Source: Hyaloraphidium curvatum SAG 235-1
Lineage: Eukaryota > Fungi > Monoblepharomycota
DNA: 64,000 nucleotides
Direction: 5' to 3'
NCBI GenBank assembly: GCA_025558095.1
Contig: JAIVFI010000012.1
Span: forward strand, 496,001-560,000
Shown: piece after piece, positions 24,300 to 37,152 of the stretch
Position numbering within the stretch: position 1 is the first letter of the stretch
Layout of the letters: each line of letters opens with the position of its first letter
Notes under the pieces: model-generated
Seen by the model: the letters and a program-made list of their open reading frames with translations, nothing else
Told to the model about the DNA's origin: nothing
Databases searched by the model: none
Translations under genes and position numbers: made by a program

Positions 24300-25725
24300 T
24301 CAGCAGCGCCCGCCACCGCCACCCCACCCACGGAACATGCGACCCCAGCCGTGACCATTGCCGCGGCAGCCCCACCCGCGCCCGGGGTGGTGCGAGGTCC
24401 ACTGGTTGCGCTTCAGAAGAGCGCTGACCACCTGACGAAGAAGGCATGAGCGCATGCCTGCCACGACGAGCCAGCAAACACCCACCCTCTGGATGTCGTT
24501 GTCGAACCTGTTGAGCAGCACCTCGTTGATCCTGTCGTCGTTGAAGCCCATGGCCCGGAGGTGCTCCATCTTCTTGGCCCTGTCCTCCTGCCTCGTGCCG
24601 AGGTTGGCGAACCCGATCTTGCCGTGCACGTGGGTCTCGTCGGCACGCTCGTAGCACTTGGGGCACAGGTCGTAGTCGGGGCAGTGGTTGCACTTGTACC
24701 GCGAGCCGGCGATGCCCGTGCGGTTGCACCCGTCGCACACGATTTTGGGCCAGAAGTTGTGGTACGACGCGATGGAGGTGAAGGAGTGCGCCGGGTCGTG
24801 GATCTCGGCGCGCTTGCCGTGGCAGTCGCTGCAGAGGTCGTAGTCTTGACGTCCCGAGGCGTCAGGGAGGAGTCCTCGAACATGACAGGGCATGCACTCA
24901 CTGCTGCACACGTCGCACCGGTGCCTCGTGCCGGTGAAGTTGCTCCTCAGGCACCCGTCGCACACGACGCCGTACCAGGCGGCGCCCTCGGAGGCGGCGG
25001 GGCCGGCCGAGGACTCGCCCTCCTTGCGGTCGTCCATGACGGGCTCCACGGGCATTCCGTCCTCACCCTGGACCGTGAGGCCCCAGTTGCGCGACGAGAG
25101 CATGCCCGAGAGGTCGCCGACGAGGCGGGGGATGTGCTCGCGGGGCGCCGACTCGAGCGCGACCAGAAGCTGGTCGACGAGGGGCTGCACCGCGGAAAGG
25201 AAGAGAGGGTAGGTGTCCTCGTACTGAGGAGGCTGCTCGACGGGCTCAGGGGTGGGAGCCGGCGGGGGAGCGGGGGCGGGGGCGCGCTGGGCGGCGGCAC
25301 CGGTCGGGGACGCGGGCCCGTCGATGGACTGCGGCACAGAGGCGACGATTAGGACGAGGGGAGACATGGGCGAGCAACAGCAGGCACCCCACCATCTTCT
25401 CGACGCCCTCGCGGACGGCGCTCTCGACCAGGACGTAAGCGTCCTGTGCTTGCGTGGCCTGCGGCCCGCCGGCGACGGCGACCTCGAGGCGCACGCTCCT
25501 GCCGTCCTTCCTGGCCTGCGCGACCAGCTCGCGGTACTCGGGCTCCGAGTCCAGCGTGATGCGGTCGCCGTCCTCGTCGACGTACGACGCCACGATCTGC
25601 GCGGCCGCCGGCATGTCGAACAGGCCGCGGATGCGGGCTGCGAGGTCGGCCCACGACGGCGGCGCGGCGATGCGGCGCAGCAGGCCGTTGTGCGCGACCT
25701 TGAAGGCGACGGGCTGCGGCTCCAT
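24300..25725 (-). CDS. PB1-ZZ-ZZ-UBA protein (NBR1/p62-like selective autophagy receptor)
   Basis: PB1 acidic motif YVDEDGDRITL; two ZZ fingers (VVCDGC...RHRCDVC..YDLC and IVCDGC...RYKCNHCPDYDLC); UBA motif LRAMGF. Confidence 0.85.
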
Positions 25726-26457
25726 GGCGGCGGGGTGGGCGGCGGGCGATGTTCCGTCTGCTGCGTCCGCCGCCCCGGATCAGCGATGTCACAGCACGCT
25801 CTGCGGGGCGCGCTCACCTGGCAGCCGATTAGCGAAGGCTGCTGGAGGTGCAAAGGTTTAGTGTCGGTGGTTGCGCATTGGGATTCTCCGCAGGCAGCAG
25901 CAGCGCCGAATCGCGGAGTCTCTGGAAGGTGCAACGCAAGGGGCGACGCAAGCTTCACCAGCCGCCAACTTGCCCCGCCGCCCGCCACAATCGAGGCTCG
26001 TCTGACGGCTCTCGATCCGTCTAGAAGGCAAGTCTCTGTAGCGCGAATCACCTCGAGCGGACATCAAGAGCTGTCGGGTGGGTGTTTTCGCTCCGTTGGA
26101 CTAGCGTTCTCTTTTGGCGAATGGACGCCTCGTTCACTCGTTCAGCGATGCTCGATGAACAAGGCCGGGTCAATATGTCTTGGATGCGATGCTGCTCTTC
26201 AGTGGCTTGGCTTGCTGTTGTGCCTTGAGGCCGACGGAGCGAGTTTGGAGATGGGATGGGCTTCGCGGGCCTAAAAAGTAGGAGTTAAGGGGTAATGGCT
26301 AAAAAAGAGCGGCACCACGATGCAGCTTTCTGACCATCGAATCGAATACCTAGTTACCTGGGCCATCTTCAATCCAAGCTACGAGCTGGAAGCTCGCATG
26401 AGGAAGCCTTGAGCGCGTTGCGCCGTGTGTGAATCCAATCAACCAACCAAATCCCCC

Positions 26458-28666
26458 CAACTGCCGCCGAATTCGGCATGCTCGAGTGCCAAGATGGGCC
26501 GATTTGACAAACGCGGACTCGACACTGGAGAACAGCAGGTCTCGCTGTCGCAGTTCACGAAGCGGAAGTACCGGGATTCGGACGCCGAGGAGGATGCGAC
26601 TGCCTCGGGGACCTCGACCGTCGCCACAGCGGCATCGGCGGCCTCCAAGGCAGAGAGCTCCGGGCGCACGGCCGTCAGCACGGGGAAGAAGCGCACTTCT
26701 GACGGCGGAGCCAAAACAAAGGCCAAGACGGTCACGGGGCTGAATGCGAGCGTCGCGACTCCCGACGACCAGAGAACCTTGGACATTCACCTCGTGAAGA
26801 AACCCTCCGTCACTCCGTCGCACGTGAAGGAGGCGGAAGAAGATGGCGTGTTTCATGCTCCGAAGGACGGCATGCACGAGCTCTTGGAATGGGGCCTCCT
26901 GCGCCCGATTCCTGCCGACATCGTCAGGGCGGCGACGGTTACGCTCTTCGTAATCTCGTTCTTCTGCGGCGGAGGTGTCGGCGATCACGGATTCATGATG
27001 GGATTGCGCGAAGTGCTTCGGGCCAGGAATCCGGGAATCCGAGTGGTATTCTTGCTGGCCGTGGAAGGAGACAGGCAGACCGCCGAGCAGGCAGCTCGAT
27101 CCTGGTTTAAGGTGCGCACAACGCTGGCTCCCTGTACCTGACGTGCCTGACACGATTTGCAGAGCACCGGAGAGGAGATCCTCGTGTCGGCGACGAACCT
27201 CGATGCCACCTTCGCGCCGACCTACCACCAGAACCCGCAGTTCATCAGAAAGCTTCTGCATTTGCACGGGTACAACAAGAGGCGCGACAAAATTGTCCTC
27301 CTTACGACGCCACCGTGTCAGAACGCCTCGGGCGCCGGAGCGCGCAAGGAGCAGTCGAACCTGGACGGACTCTCATACACGGCCGCAACATACGTTGAGC
27401 TGCTGCGCAAGCTGGAGGTCTACGTCAACGCGGTGGTGTACGAGAACGTTCCGGGTCTGCGGACCAAGTGGGATGGGAACCAGGCGTCTTACATCCTCTC
27501 AAAGGTCGCTCGGGACCTAATGGATTTAGGATTCGCCATGCGCTTCTCCAGTGCAGTCGAAGCTGCCAACTACGGCGCCCCTCAGTTTCGCCCGCGGCTC
27601 ATTCTTCTGGGATTTCGCGGACTCGTCATGTCCCGGGCTCCCGCCTTCACGCACACGGAAGACAGCGGCTTCAACACGCTGAAGCTGCACGACGTTGTCG
27701 CAGACAATCTCTTCGATCGCCCAGACTGTCTCTTGCTTCCTTTTCGAGGCCCGAGCCCAGAGGATGCCGAGGCAGCGTTCAAAGCAAAGGCGGCGACAGT
27801 TCTGAAAACGAAGTACCCCAAGGTCATCGTGCCAACCGCGGATCGCTTTGCGACGGAGCTGTTGCCCACCGCCAGGGCAACATACCCGGCTTTCATCCAC
27901 AACCCCGTCCTGGAAACATGCAAGGAGGCGCGGGACGCCGTCAGAGACTGGCCCTCTCGCCCGTGCGACGAGCGGACGCACGAGGCCTTCTACTCGCGGT
28001 TCGAGTGCTTCGGCGGAACCAACGAGGATTGCATGTTTGCTCAGTGGGGTGACGAAGCTTACGAGTTCTGCCGCTACCTCGAGCGCGGCGCACCGGACGG
28101 CTTCCTGCGAACGCTCACAGTGACCGAGTTTGCGCGCACCCAGGGATTCCCCGCCGCCTACCTGAACCCAGAGTGGACTCTTGCCCAAGCATACCGGATC
28201 ATCGGCAACGCCGTGAACGTGGATATGGCCAGCGCGATCGGGCGCAGCGTTGCGGAGGCGGTCATCTGCACCCTCGCGCGCGAGACTGGCGACGAAACGC
28301 ACCGTTGCATGGCTTGCGAACCCCTCCTACCGCGTCTCCGCCACATCGATCTGGGCTTTGCCGGCGAGCTCGAGCCTTTCGACCCGTCGCGCGCGGCTGC
28401 GACGTCCACCCCTTACCGCTTCATCGAGGGCGAGGATCAGATGCCGGTCTGGCTCAACCAAGCCAAGAGCAAGCTTGACAAGGAGGCCGCCGCGGTTCCG
28501 CCCAAAGTGGGCTTCATCGTGCCCAAGTCGTATCCCTTCTGAACTCTTCTGTCACGGTGTTTGGTCTTTTGTCTCACGGTCACGGTGATTGATGTTCGTT
28601 AGCTCTTGATGTTGATCTTCTTTTCCCTTCTTCGTCCATTTCTCCAATGTATTGTTGGCGATCGCA
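26458..28666 (+). repeat. Diverged duplicated unit A (MTase gene plus flanks); inverted partner at 51762-53966
   Basis: Both copies share 5' flank CAACT(C)GCCGCCGAATTC..GGCATG and 3' flank TTCTGAACTCTT..CACGGTCACGG..TTAGCTC..GTTGGCGATCGCA. Confidence 0.75.
26494..28542 (+). CDS. C5 cytosine DNA methyltransferase, compact prokaryotic-like architecture (copy 1); intron 27112-27162
   Basis: Motifs in canonical order: I FCGGGVG, II AVE, IV PPCQ, VI YENV, VIII QFRPR, IX RTLTVTEFARTQGFP, X IGNAV. Confidence 0.9.
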
Positions 28667-28829
28667 ATTGATTTGGGAGACGCTTTTCCCTTCAACGCTT
28701 TGTTTCCGCGGCGGGCGGCGGGGGATCGGAACGACTAGATCGATCCGACCCGAACGTTGCCGCGGGCCTCCTGCTCCATCGCGCTCGATTAAACACTTTA
28801 CGCTCGTCCAGGGGGGTTTTTTGGTCGAA

Positions 28830-29756
28830 ATGGCCTCGCCTTCCGCCCCCAAGAGCCGGCGGGCAGCCCCACCGATGCCGCCGAAACAGACCCGTTACAG
28901 GGTCGTGGACACCCTCATTGTCGTCTCATTGACGATGGCAATGTATCTTTCCTGGCAACTGAGCTCGGACCCGGGACTGGGCAGCATGTTCCTCGACGCG
29001 ATGTGCGACGGGGGCCGCAGCTTCGAATGTGCGGCCAACATGACGGGGACAAAGGTGGCCATCCGGGGGCTGAAATCGGAAGATGCGGACCGTCTGTTCG
29101 ATATCAAGACGTCGCCGGGAGTTGCCGACCACCAGCTCTACGGTGGGTGGCACTGGGTACCTGCCTTTGGGCCGTTCCTGATGAGGTCTCCATTTCGAAC
29201 GTCGGCTCCCTGCAATGGCAAACAGACCCCCCGCAGAGCATCATCGACCTCCACGGAAACTTCCTCTTCCCCTACATGGGCGCCCAGCTCCGCAAGAACC
29301 TCATCGCGCGGTTCCTGATGATGCCCTGGTACCCCAAGGAGACGCGGGAGCGCCGCGTCTTTGCCGTCACCGAGGCCAAGGACCCCAAGTCCGAGCTGAT
29401 CGGCATCGTCGGCGTGTACGGGTACTACGACCGCAAGAACCCGTCCAAGGAGGTGCACTACGAGCTGCACCCGAACTACTGGCGGCGAGGTTGGTTTCCC
29501 CCGTTCCCCTGGAACGTCGCGATACATCTGACCGACTCCGACAGGCTACATGACCGAGGCCCTTTCCCTCGTGATCTCGCACGTCTTTGGCCTCCCGCAC
29601 CCCGTGGATTCCGTGACGGCGCGGACGTTTGCCGAGAACGTCGCCTCCGTGAAGCTCCTCAAGAAGCTGGGCTTCACCTACGACAAGATCGAGGACGGCA
29701 TGCAGGTGTACCGGCTCGGGAAGGAGAACTGGTTGAAGACGCAGAAGAAGGGCTGA
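28830..29756 (+). CDS. GNAT acetyltransferase (RimJ/RimL-like) with an N-terminal transmembrane segment, 3 exons
   Basis: ELIGIVG, EVHYELHPNYWRRGYMTEAL and ENVASVKLLKKLGF; hydrophobic TLIVVSLTMAMYLSW. Confidence 0.85.
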
Positions 29757-29980
29757 GCGGAGGACGGGATGGGGCTCGGACGGATCTGCGTAATGGGAGC
29801 ACTCTGGCACCATGGTTTATTGTAGTGTTGAGGCAGCCGGGTATCCCGCCGATACAAAAGCAATACCAGACGCAGACTGAGGCGCTCCGGGCTCTAAAGA
29901 CTGTGATTGCGACGAAACACCCCCCAAAAGCAAAGCAGAAGCAGTCGATCGATAACGTAGAAAGCTGCAATAGTCGATCA

Positions 29981-32217
29981 TCATTTGGCGTCCGTTCCGT
30001 TGCCGGCAGCGGAGGCGTCGGAGGCGACGTCCACCGTGGCGGCAGGCGCCGTGACAAGAGGACCGGTCGCGGCAGGCACCGTGGCGGCGGGCACCGTGGC
30101 AGCAGGCACCGGGGCGTCCTCGGCAGGCAGCTGCACCGAGAGCCTGTTGCCGCTCTTCTCCTTCCCGCCCTTCATCGACGACGCCCTCGGCCCCGACACC
30201 GTCGTGGCCGGCACGGGCGCCGGCGCGGGAGCCTGCGACGACGCCTCGCTCTCCTCCTCACCGTCCTCGTCCCCGTCCGGCCCGGCAAAGCTGTTCCTGT
30301 ACGCCGAAGGATCCGGCACGAACACGAGCGGCGGCGCGGGGTAGTACCCCGGCGGCGCGTTGACCTTCTTCATCCCCTCGTCGCCGGCGACGTAGTACCC
30401 GCCGTCGGGCCCGACAAAGATGGGCTGCTGCGCGGCCATGAGCACCGGCATGTGCGGGAGGAAGTTGCCGTAGGCGTCCCACGAGCCCGTCAGCGGACGC
30501 GCGGGGGCGCCGGCGCCGCCGGAGGTGGGGACGAACATGCTTCGGGGGCGGGGGGCGACGGCGGCCGCGGCGGGGGCGGCGGGGAACGAGTTGCGGTTGC
30601 CGGGGACGGCGAGGTTGGCCGCCGATACCGCCGTTGCGACATCCTCCTCCTGCACCGTCGAAAGGGGCCGGTTGCTGCGGGCTCCCTGCGAGGCCATTGA
30701 GGTGCGCGTGCCCGGGGGTGCGCCGCCGATCGCCAGGTACGGCACGCCGCCGTACGAGACCGAGTACATCGAGACGGGGCGTCCGTTGGGGTCGCCGTCG
30801 GCACCGGGAGGGACAAAGATTGGGATGCCGGGGTAGCCGTAGGGCATGGCGACGGAGGTCGGCCGTTGGACCGATGCGGCGGCTGCGGCTGCTGCTGCAG
30901 CGGCACCTGCTCCGCATGACGGTGTCAGCTTGTGCAAAGAGGGCTGTCGTTGAGGGGAACCCACCATCGGCGCCGTTCTCCCCCTTTTCCTTGATCCCCG
31001 ACACGCCATCGGTGCTCTTCTCGCCGTTGACCTCGACCCTGTCCGCATCGTCCACCTTCTTCTTCTTGCTGTTGCGGTAGAGCAGGTACCCGAGCAGGCC
31101 GAGCACCAGCAGGCCCAGTAGCACCATGCCGATGATGAAGCCGGCCTGGGCGCCCGAGGTGAGGCCGTTGAACCAGGAGGTCGGCGGGGGCGGGACGCCG
31201 GTGTTGGTGGGCGTCGAGGTCGCGGTCGAGGTGGCGGTGGCAACCGTCGTCGTCGTGGTGGGTGGAGGCGGGCGGGGCACACCGGGACCGGTCCACATGC
31301 AGCGCCTGGTAATCGAGGGAAGGAGAGGTGTCAGATGATCGCGGTTCCACGCAGGACCAGAGAATCACCCACCTGATCAGGCACGTGGTCCTGTTTACGA
31401 GCTCGAGCCCGTCGCATCCGCTGTTTCCCGTGACGAGGTACTTGCCGAACGCGCCCTGCTCGCGCTCGCCGTCCGGGCGCAGGAAGCCGCAGAACTGGGG
31501 CTCCGAGTCGTTGGCGACGAGCCTGATGTCCTCGAACGTGATGCTGCGGAAGAAGGACTGGTTCGCCCTGCCGGCCCACTCGACGGCCAGCTGGGCCCAG
31601 CGCTGCTCCTGGCCGAGCAGCTGCATCTCGTAGCCGACGCTGCACGGCGTGCCATCGCCGAAGGCGGTGGGCAGGCACGGCAGCGGCTGGCCGATGGCGT
31701 CGAAGCGCTCGATGGTCTGGCGCCAGATGCTGCGGTTGGGGCCGTCGGAGCCGACGAACCACAGTTTCATGCGCAGACGGTCGCCGGGGTTCGCGTCCAT
31801 GAAGGGCCCGCCGCGGCAGCCCTGGTATGCGGTCAGGCTGGTGTTGAGGTTGACGTACTCGGACGACGAGGCCCAGCCGCGGTACGGCGAGCCCTGTGCG
31901 GGCTGGCCGGGGGCACACGACGGGCCGAACGTCGCCACGGACTGCAGCACGCCGTTGCCGATGGGCAGGAAGTTTGTCGTGACGTCCGGCGGGCCGGGCT
32001 GCAGGCCGGCCCACAAGAAGTACGAGCCCGCGTTTGCGGGGTCGGGCACCGGCGGCACCTCGGGCACGACCAGCGACGCCTCGACGCGGCGCCAGATGTT
32101 GTCCGGGAACAGTAGCTGCTGCGAGAACGCCCACTGGATCACGTTGGCCGGCGCCTGCGCGGCTGCCCCGAGCGGGCCCGCCAAAAGCACCGCGACCGCC
32201 GCCAGCCGTCTCAGCAT
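29981..32217 (-). CDS. Type I membrane protein: signal peptide, beta-rich ectodomain, Thr-rich stalk, TM helix, Pro/Ala-rich tail
   Basis: MLRRLAAVAVLLAG; FLWAGLQP..VLQSVATFG; TTTTTVATATST; AGFIIGMVLLGLLVLGLLGYLLY followed by RNSKKKK. Confidence 0.72.
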
Positions 32218-32662
32218 GCTCGATCGCGGGGAGCGCGGGGGCCCGCGGGGGCCGTCGCTCGCGCGCCGCATGGGGATGGCGCGCGGGCCGCAAGGCGGGC
32301 GGTGACTCGGTGCCGCAGTCCGCGCGTCGGGCGGCAGTCCGACGCCCCGGGCCGCCGAGCAGGCGACGCCAAAAGAGGGCCCGCGAGCGGACGAGGCGCG
32401 ATGGCCGCGTCTGCCGGGGTGGGAGGCCGTCCGCGGATGTCGGGGGATCAGTCAGTCAGGCAAAGAGCAACGGGGCTGGAGACCTTCCGCGTTCGCTTCC
32501 GACGCCACGGCCACACACACTGTTCGACCTAAATACATGGATTAACTGATGGGATATGTACGGATCACCACGATTGGATGTCGTGGGGCCCGGATGGATC
32601 GCGAGCGGCACTGGCCGCCACCACCCCTCCGCCGCAACTGGATGCCTTGGGCCGGGGACGGA

Positions 32663-34070
32663 TCACGCGCGGCACTGGCCGCCGCGGCACCTCCTCCCCG
32701 AAGGGCACACGGTGCCACAAGCACCGCAACTGGTGGCATTGTTGAGAAGGTTTGTGCACGTCCCGCTGCACAGGAAGGCAGGCAAGCACGTGCACACCCC
32801 CGCCTGGCACGTCGTGGGGAAAGCGCAGCGTGCGTTACAGGTGCCGCAGTTTTCGTTGTCGATCTGGAGCTCCCTGCAGCGATTCCCGCAGACGCTGGTT
32901 CCCGTAGGGCATTGGCAAGAGCCGTTGACGCAGGTCGCTCCGCTGGGGCACGTCGTGTTGCAGTTTCCACAGGCCCTGAGAAGTCAATGATTAAGAGCAA
33001 TGCCAACAGCCAGGCATCCGCAGAGGTGGCCCACCTTTCCGAGGAAGTAAGGTTGAAGCACCCCCGGCCAGGGCACAGCGTCCTGCCCGGGCTGTTGCAG
33101 GTGCAAGCGCCGTTGATGCACCTCGACCCGTCGGGACATTTGGTTCCGCATGCTCCACAGTTGTTCTCGCTCGTGGTGAGGTTGGCGCAGCCGCGAGGGC
33201 ATTGGGTCAGGCCCGAGGGGCAGGTGCACACTCCGCCGACGCAGCGCGAGTTGCCGGGGCACTAAACGAAGGCGTCAGGACGCCGTTCCTGTCCTTCCCT
33301 TCCTTTCTCCTCTCACCGTGGTGTTGCAGTTCCCGCACGCCCTCTCGGAGCTGGTAAGGTTGAAACATCCCCTCCGTGGGCACAGGGTCCGCCCAGGGAC
33401 GTTGCACACGCAGGCGCCGTTCAGGCACCTCGACCCCTCGGGGCAGCGATTTCCGCATGCCCCACAATGCTGGTTGCTCCGGGTGGCGTTCACACACGAG
33501 CGGGAACAGTAGAGGAGGCCCGCGTTGCGGCACGCGCAGGTGCCGTTGGAGCACCTGCTTATGCCCGACGGGCAGTTTGCATTGCAGCGCCCGCAATGGT
33601 TGTTGTTGCTGGTCGTGTTGACGCACTGCCTGCCGCACGCGGTGAGGCCGGCGGTCGAGCAGACGCAGGTGCCGTTGACGCAGTTGGAGGTGGCGGGGCA
33701 CTAAATGGGGCGCACAAGACATCGGTGAAGTGTGTCGAGCGACAATAGATTGGTGCCGGAGGGAAAAGAGCCCGAAAGATAGGAGCGGCCGGTCAGGGGG
33801 ATGCCGCAAGAGTGCTTGCCCCGACAGACCCACCACGCGGCCGCACGCCCCGCATGCGACGCGGTCGGCGCACGTGTCCCTGAACACGCCCCCGCAGCGG
33901 CGCACGCTGCACGGCGCGCGAGCTTCGAGGCGGAGCGCGAAGGGGACGGGGGAAACGTCCAGGTCGTCCAGCGCGACCTCCTCGGCGGAGGCGGGGCGGA
34001 CGCCGGCGGAGGCGAGCGCGGAGAAGAGGCACGCAGCCGCGACGGCGAGGAAGAAAGAGTGGCCGCGCAT
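32663..34070 (-). CDS. Secreted Cys-rich repeat protein (STIG1-like CGxCGxxC repeats), multi-exon
   Basis: Signal peptide MRGHSFFLAVAAACLFSALASA; repeated NCGACG..CP.G..C..G.C.C units. Confidence 0.8.
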
Positions 34071-34950
34071 CGTCGCCAGGGAGCGCTCAATGGGTTGGTG
34101 AGTCGAGGGGAATCTGTTTGCGAGTGGGTGGCTGTGCGGGTTGCCGCGATGAGGCGGAGTTTGCGGCACCCACCCCTGAGGTCCGTTCGAGAGGGGGTTC
34201 TGCAAATCTAGAGCAGCTGCCGTGGTCCAATCTCGATCATCTCTGATGACCCAATAGTCCCCATACCTGACAGATTGCTTCCAAGGTGGGACAATGCCGT
34301 AATGTGCAGAGAGCCTGCGGACGGCCGGCGATTCGGCGGGGAAGCGGAGCGGCAGACAACCCACAAATGGGTTACGCCGCCTGCCGTCCACCGCACCTTT
34401 GCGCCACATATCCCGTTCCATTCTGGTCAGAACGTTGCGTTCGTGTCTCGAGGGTCGCCGCTGAGCGAAGTCAAAGGCCCCGCTCCCGTGGAGGGAAAAC
34501 GAGGATGAAGGTCCATAGGCCACGCCCGAATGGGTTATCATCATGAAGGAGATCTTGATGAAAGAAGCTTTGTGTCTGAATCGGCGCTCTTCGGAAGCCA
34601 TACAACTGTACTAAAGCGCAAGGTCCAGGAAGGCAGCTTCGGGCACGTCCGCACCGGTCCTTCTTTCGCATCACCGCAAAGAGCAGTTGCATGCAGTTGG
34701 GCCTGGGGTCATGCGCCGGCAAGCGGAGGTGGTGTGGCGAGTGCGGGTCGCATACGGAGTAGCTTCTCTCCGCACCGGCCACGACCGGCCGCAGGCGGAG
34801 CAACGACTCTCCGCTCCGCACCCCTGTACGCAAGCAGATATCTTCCGCTCCGTCCCGTTTTTACAACAACAAAACGAAGCGACAGAGAGCAGTAAGGACG
34901 CATGGGAATGCGAGGCCAAGGATCACTCACCTCGTACTTTGCACAGAAAG

Positions 34951-36979
34951 ATGCACCCCGCCGCGCAGTTCGCCGCCGCCCTCGTGCTCGGCGCCATCTT
35001 CGCGGCCACCACTGCCGATGCCCAAAGCAGCTTCGTCTACTGTCCCCGCCCGCCCTTCAACGCCGTCCTCAACGCCTCCGCTTTCACCCCCTGCGCATCG
35101 GGCCGCTGGAACTACAGCGAGTTCCAATGCCGCACGACCTTCTTCCCGGCCAGCTACGATCCTGCCGACCCCGATCCCAAGGTCAAGGGGGCCTTCCAGA
35201 CTTCCCTCGAGCGCCGCGCCGTCTACGGGACCCCCCGTACCATCATCTTCTTGATCTCAGGCGGGCCCGGCGGGGCTTCGGGCCTCCATGCACTGGCCAC
35301 TTCCAAGATCGTCAAGAGGGCGTTCATCACCGACTACGTGGTCGTGATTCCGGCTCTGCGCGGTACCCAGGATACCGACTACGTGCAGCAATGGGCCGGT
35401 GGGTTCCCATGCCTTCCTCCCCTCCGATCGCCGCAAGCTGACGGCAATCCGTCGATCCAGGCTTTCCCGGCAACCTGTCTACGACCGTGAATGCGGAGCG
35501 GCGGGCGTACCAGTCTTTCAACCCCACCAATACGGCGATCGACATCATCACGACGGCTAAGGCGTACAAGAGCGAGTTCCCCGCCGCCAAGCTGGTTGCC
35601 GCCGGCTTTTCGTTCGGCACCTTCCAGCTCCAGCGCGTGATGCAGCTCGAGCCGGCGCTCTTCGAAGCGGTGCTGCTTGACGGTGCTGCAGCCGCGGTCA
35701 ACGACACCAACCAGTTCGCGCAGCAATCCCTGGCTCTGACGGACCTTACAAAGCTTGTGGGCGACAACTGTGCCCGTTCGTCCTTCTGCTCCGCCCGATC
35801 GCTGCCCACGGACGATATCGTGCGCTTCGTCGACAGCGTGCGCAATGGGACACAGGCCTCGCCGTGCCTCACGGCCCTGGTCTCGCAGGTTGCTCCGGGC
35901 GCCCCGCCGTCCCAGGTTCTGGCATCCATCGTGTACTCGCTCGTCCTGTTCAACTCCGCCAAGATTCCGGTGCAGCTCACGGTCGCCAATACTTCGGATC
36001 CCGAGGTCTGTATCAGCACCAGTACGCTGTTACGATACTTGACAATTAGCTGGTACCGTCACAGGTCGTCAACCAGTTCATCGACGCCCTCCTTACAACC
36101 GCCGCAATGGAAGCCCCCGCGGACTGGATCCCCATCAACAGCCGCTCGATCCCGTGGTCCTTGCTCAACCAGCTGGCGCAGTGCACGTCGGCGGCGCAGC
36201 TAGGGAACTTTGCCACGGCCGCGAGGCCCTTTGCGCTCGTGCTGGGCCAGATCGGAGGGATCGGCGGCGGCTTGATTGCTCCCACGTCGCCCATCGGCAA
36301 CATCTACACCACCGCTTTGTTCGGTCTCCTTTCTGAAGGCCGCAACCCGCGCGTGCCCGTCGACACCGTGCGGGCGGCCAACCGGGCGAGCGCATTTGCC
36401 ATCCCCGAATCCGCTTTCCAGGGCGAGACTTTGCTTCTGAACGAGATCGCATCCATGAACCCGGCCGCCTGGGCGCCCTCGTGCTACTCGGACCGCGCTC
36501 CGACGAATGTCTCCGCAAACGTGCATTTCTTGTGCGGCGAGCTCGATGCGGGCACTCCCTTCGCCAGCAACCGCAGGGCGTACAACGATCTCTCCGTCGC
36601 GCCCGGTTTCCGCAAGACCATCTCGGTGCACGCCAACAAGGAACACATGGTGCTCGGGTTCGGACAGTCGCAGTGCGTGATTCCGTTTCTCCGCGGATTC
36701 TTCCTGGGCAACGCGACGGCCGCGGCCGAGTACGACACATGCCTGGCTGCCGAAAATGCCGCTTCGATCGACTGGGAACTAGCTGCTTTGGCTACGGTTG
36801 CCGGAAGTAGCCCGTGGCAGGGGATGCCGGCAGCTCCGATCTCGACCCGCAGTGCAACGACCGCAAGCGCCACGGTGTCGCCGACGCCCACAAGCCGCCC
36901 GTCGAGCGCTGATGCTCCATCCGAGGAAGCTTGGATGGCGCTGGCTGCGATCGCTGCCGGCGCCGTCGCCATGCTTTGA
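34951..36979 (+). CDS. Secreted alpha/beta hydrolase with a GPI-like tail, 3 exons
   Basis: Signal peptide; ISGGPGG; nucleophile elbow GFSFG; GELDAGTP (Asp) and KEHMV (His); Ser/Thr linker then a hydrophobic end. Confidence 0.82.
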
Positions 36980-37152
36980 GTTGGTCGGCCGGAATGAAGA
37001 AAACTTAGAATGTTGCATCCAAAATAGCCGTACGAGAGTGTGTAGACGTTGGATCCTCTTGTTTACGCCTGGGCGAGGGGGGGCGCGGGGAAACGCAAGG
37101 CCGCACCGATCAGTCCCGATCAGCGGACCCCGCCCGCGCGTCGCCGCAACCC

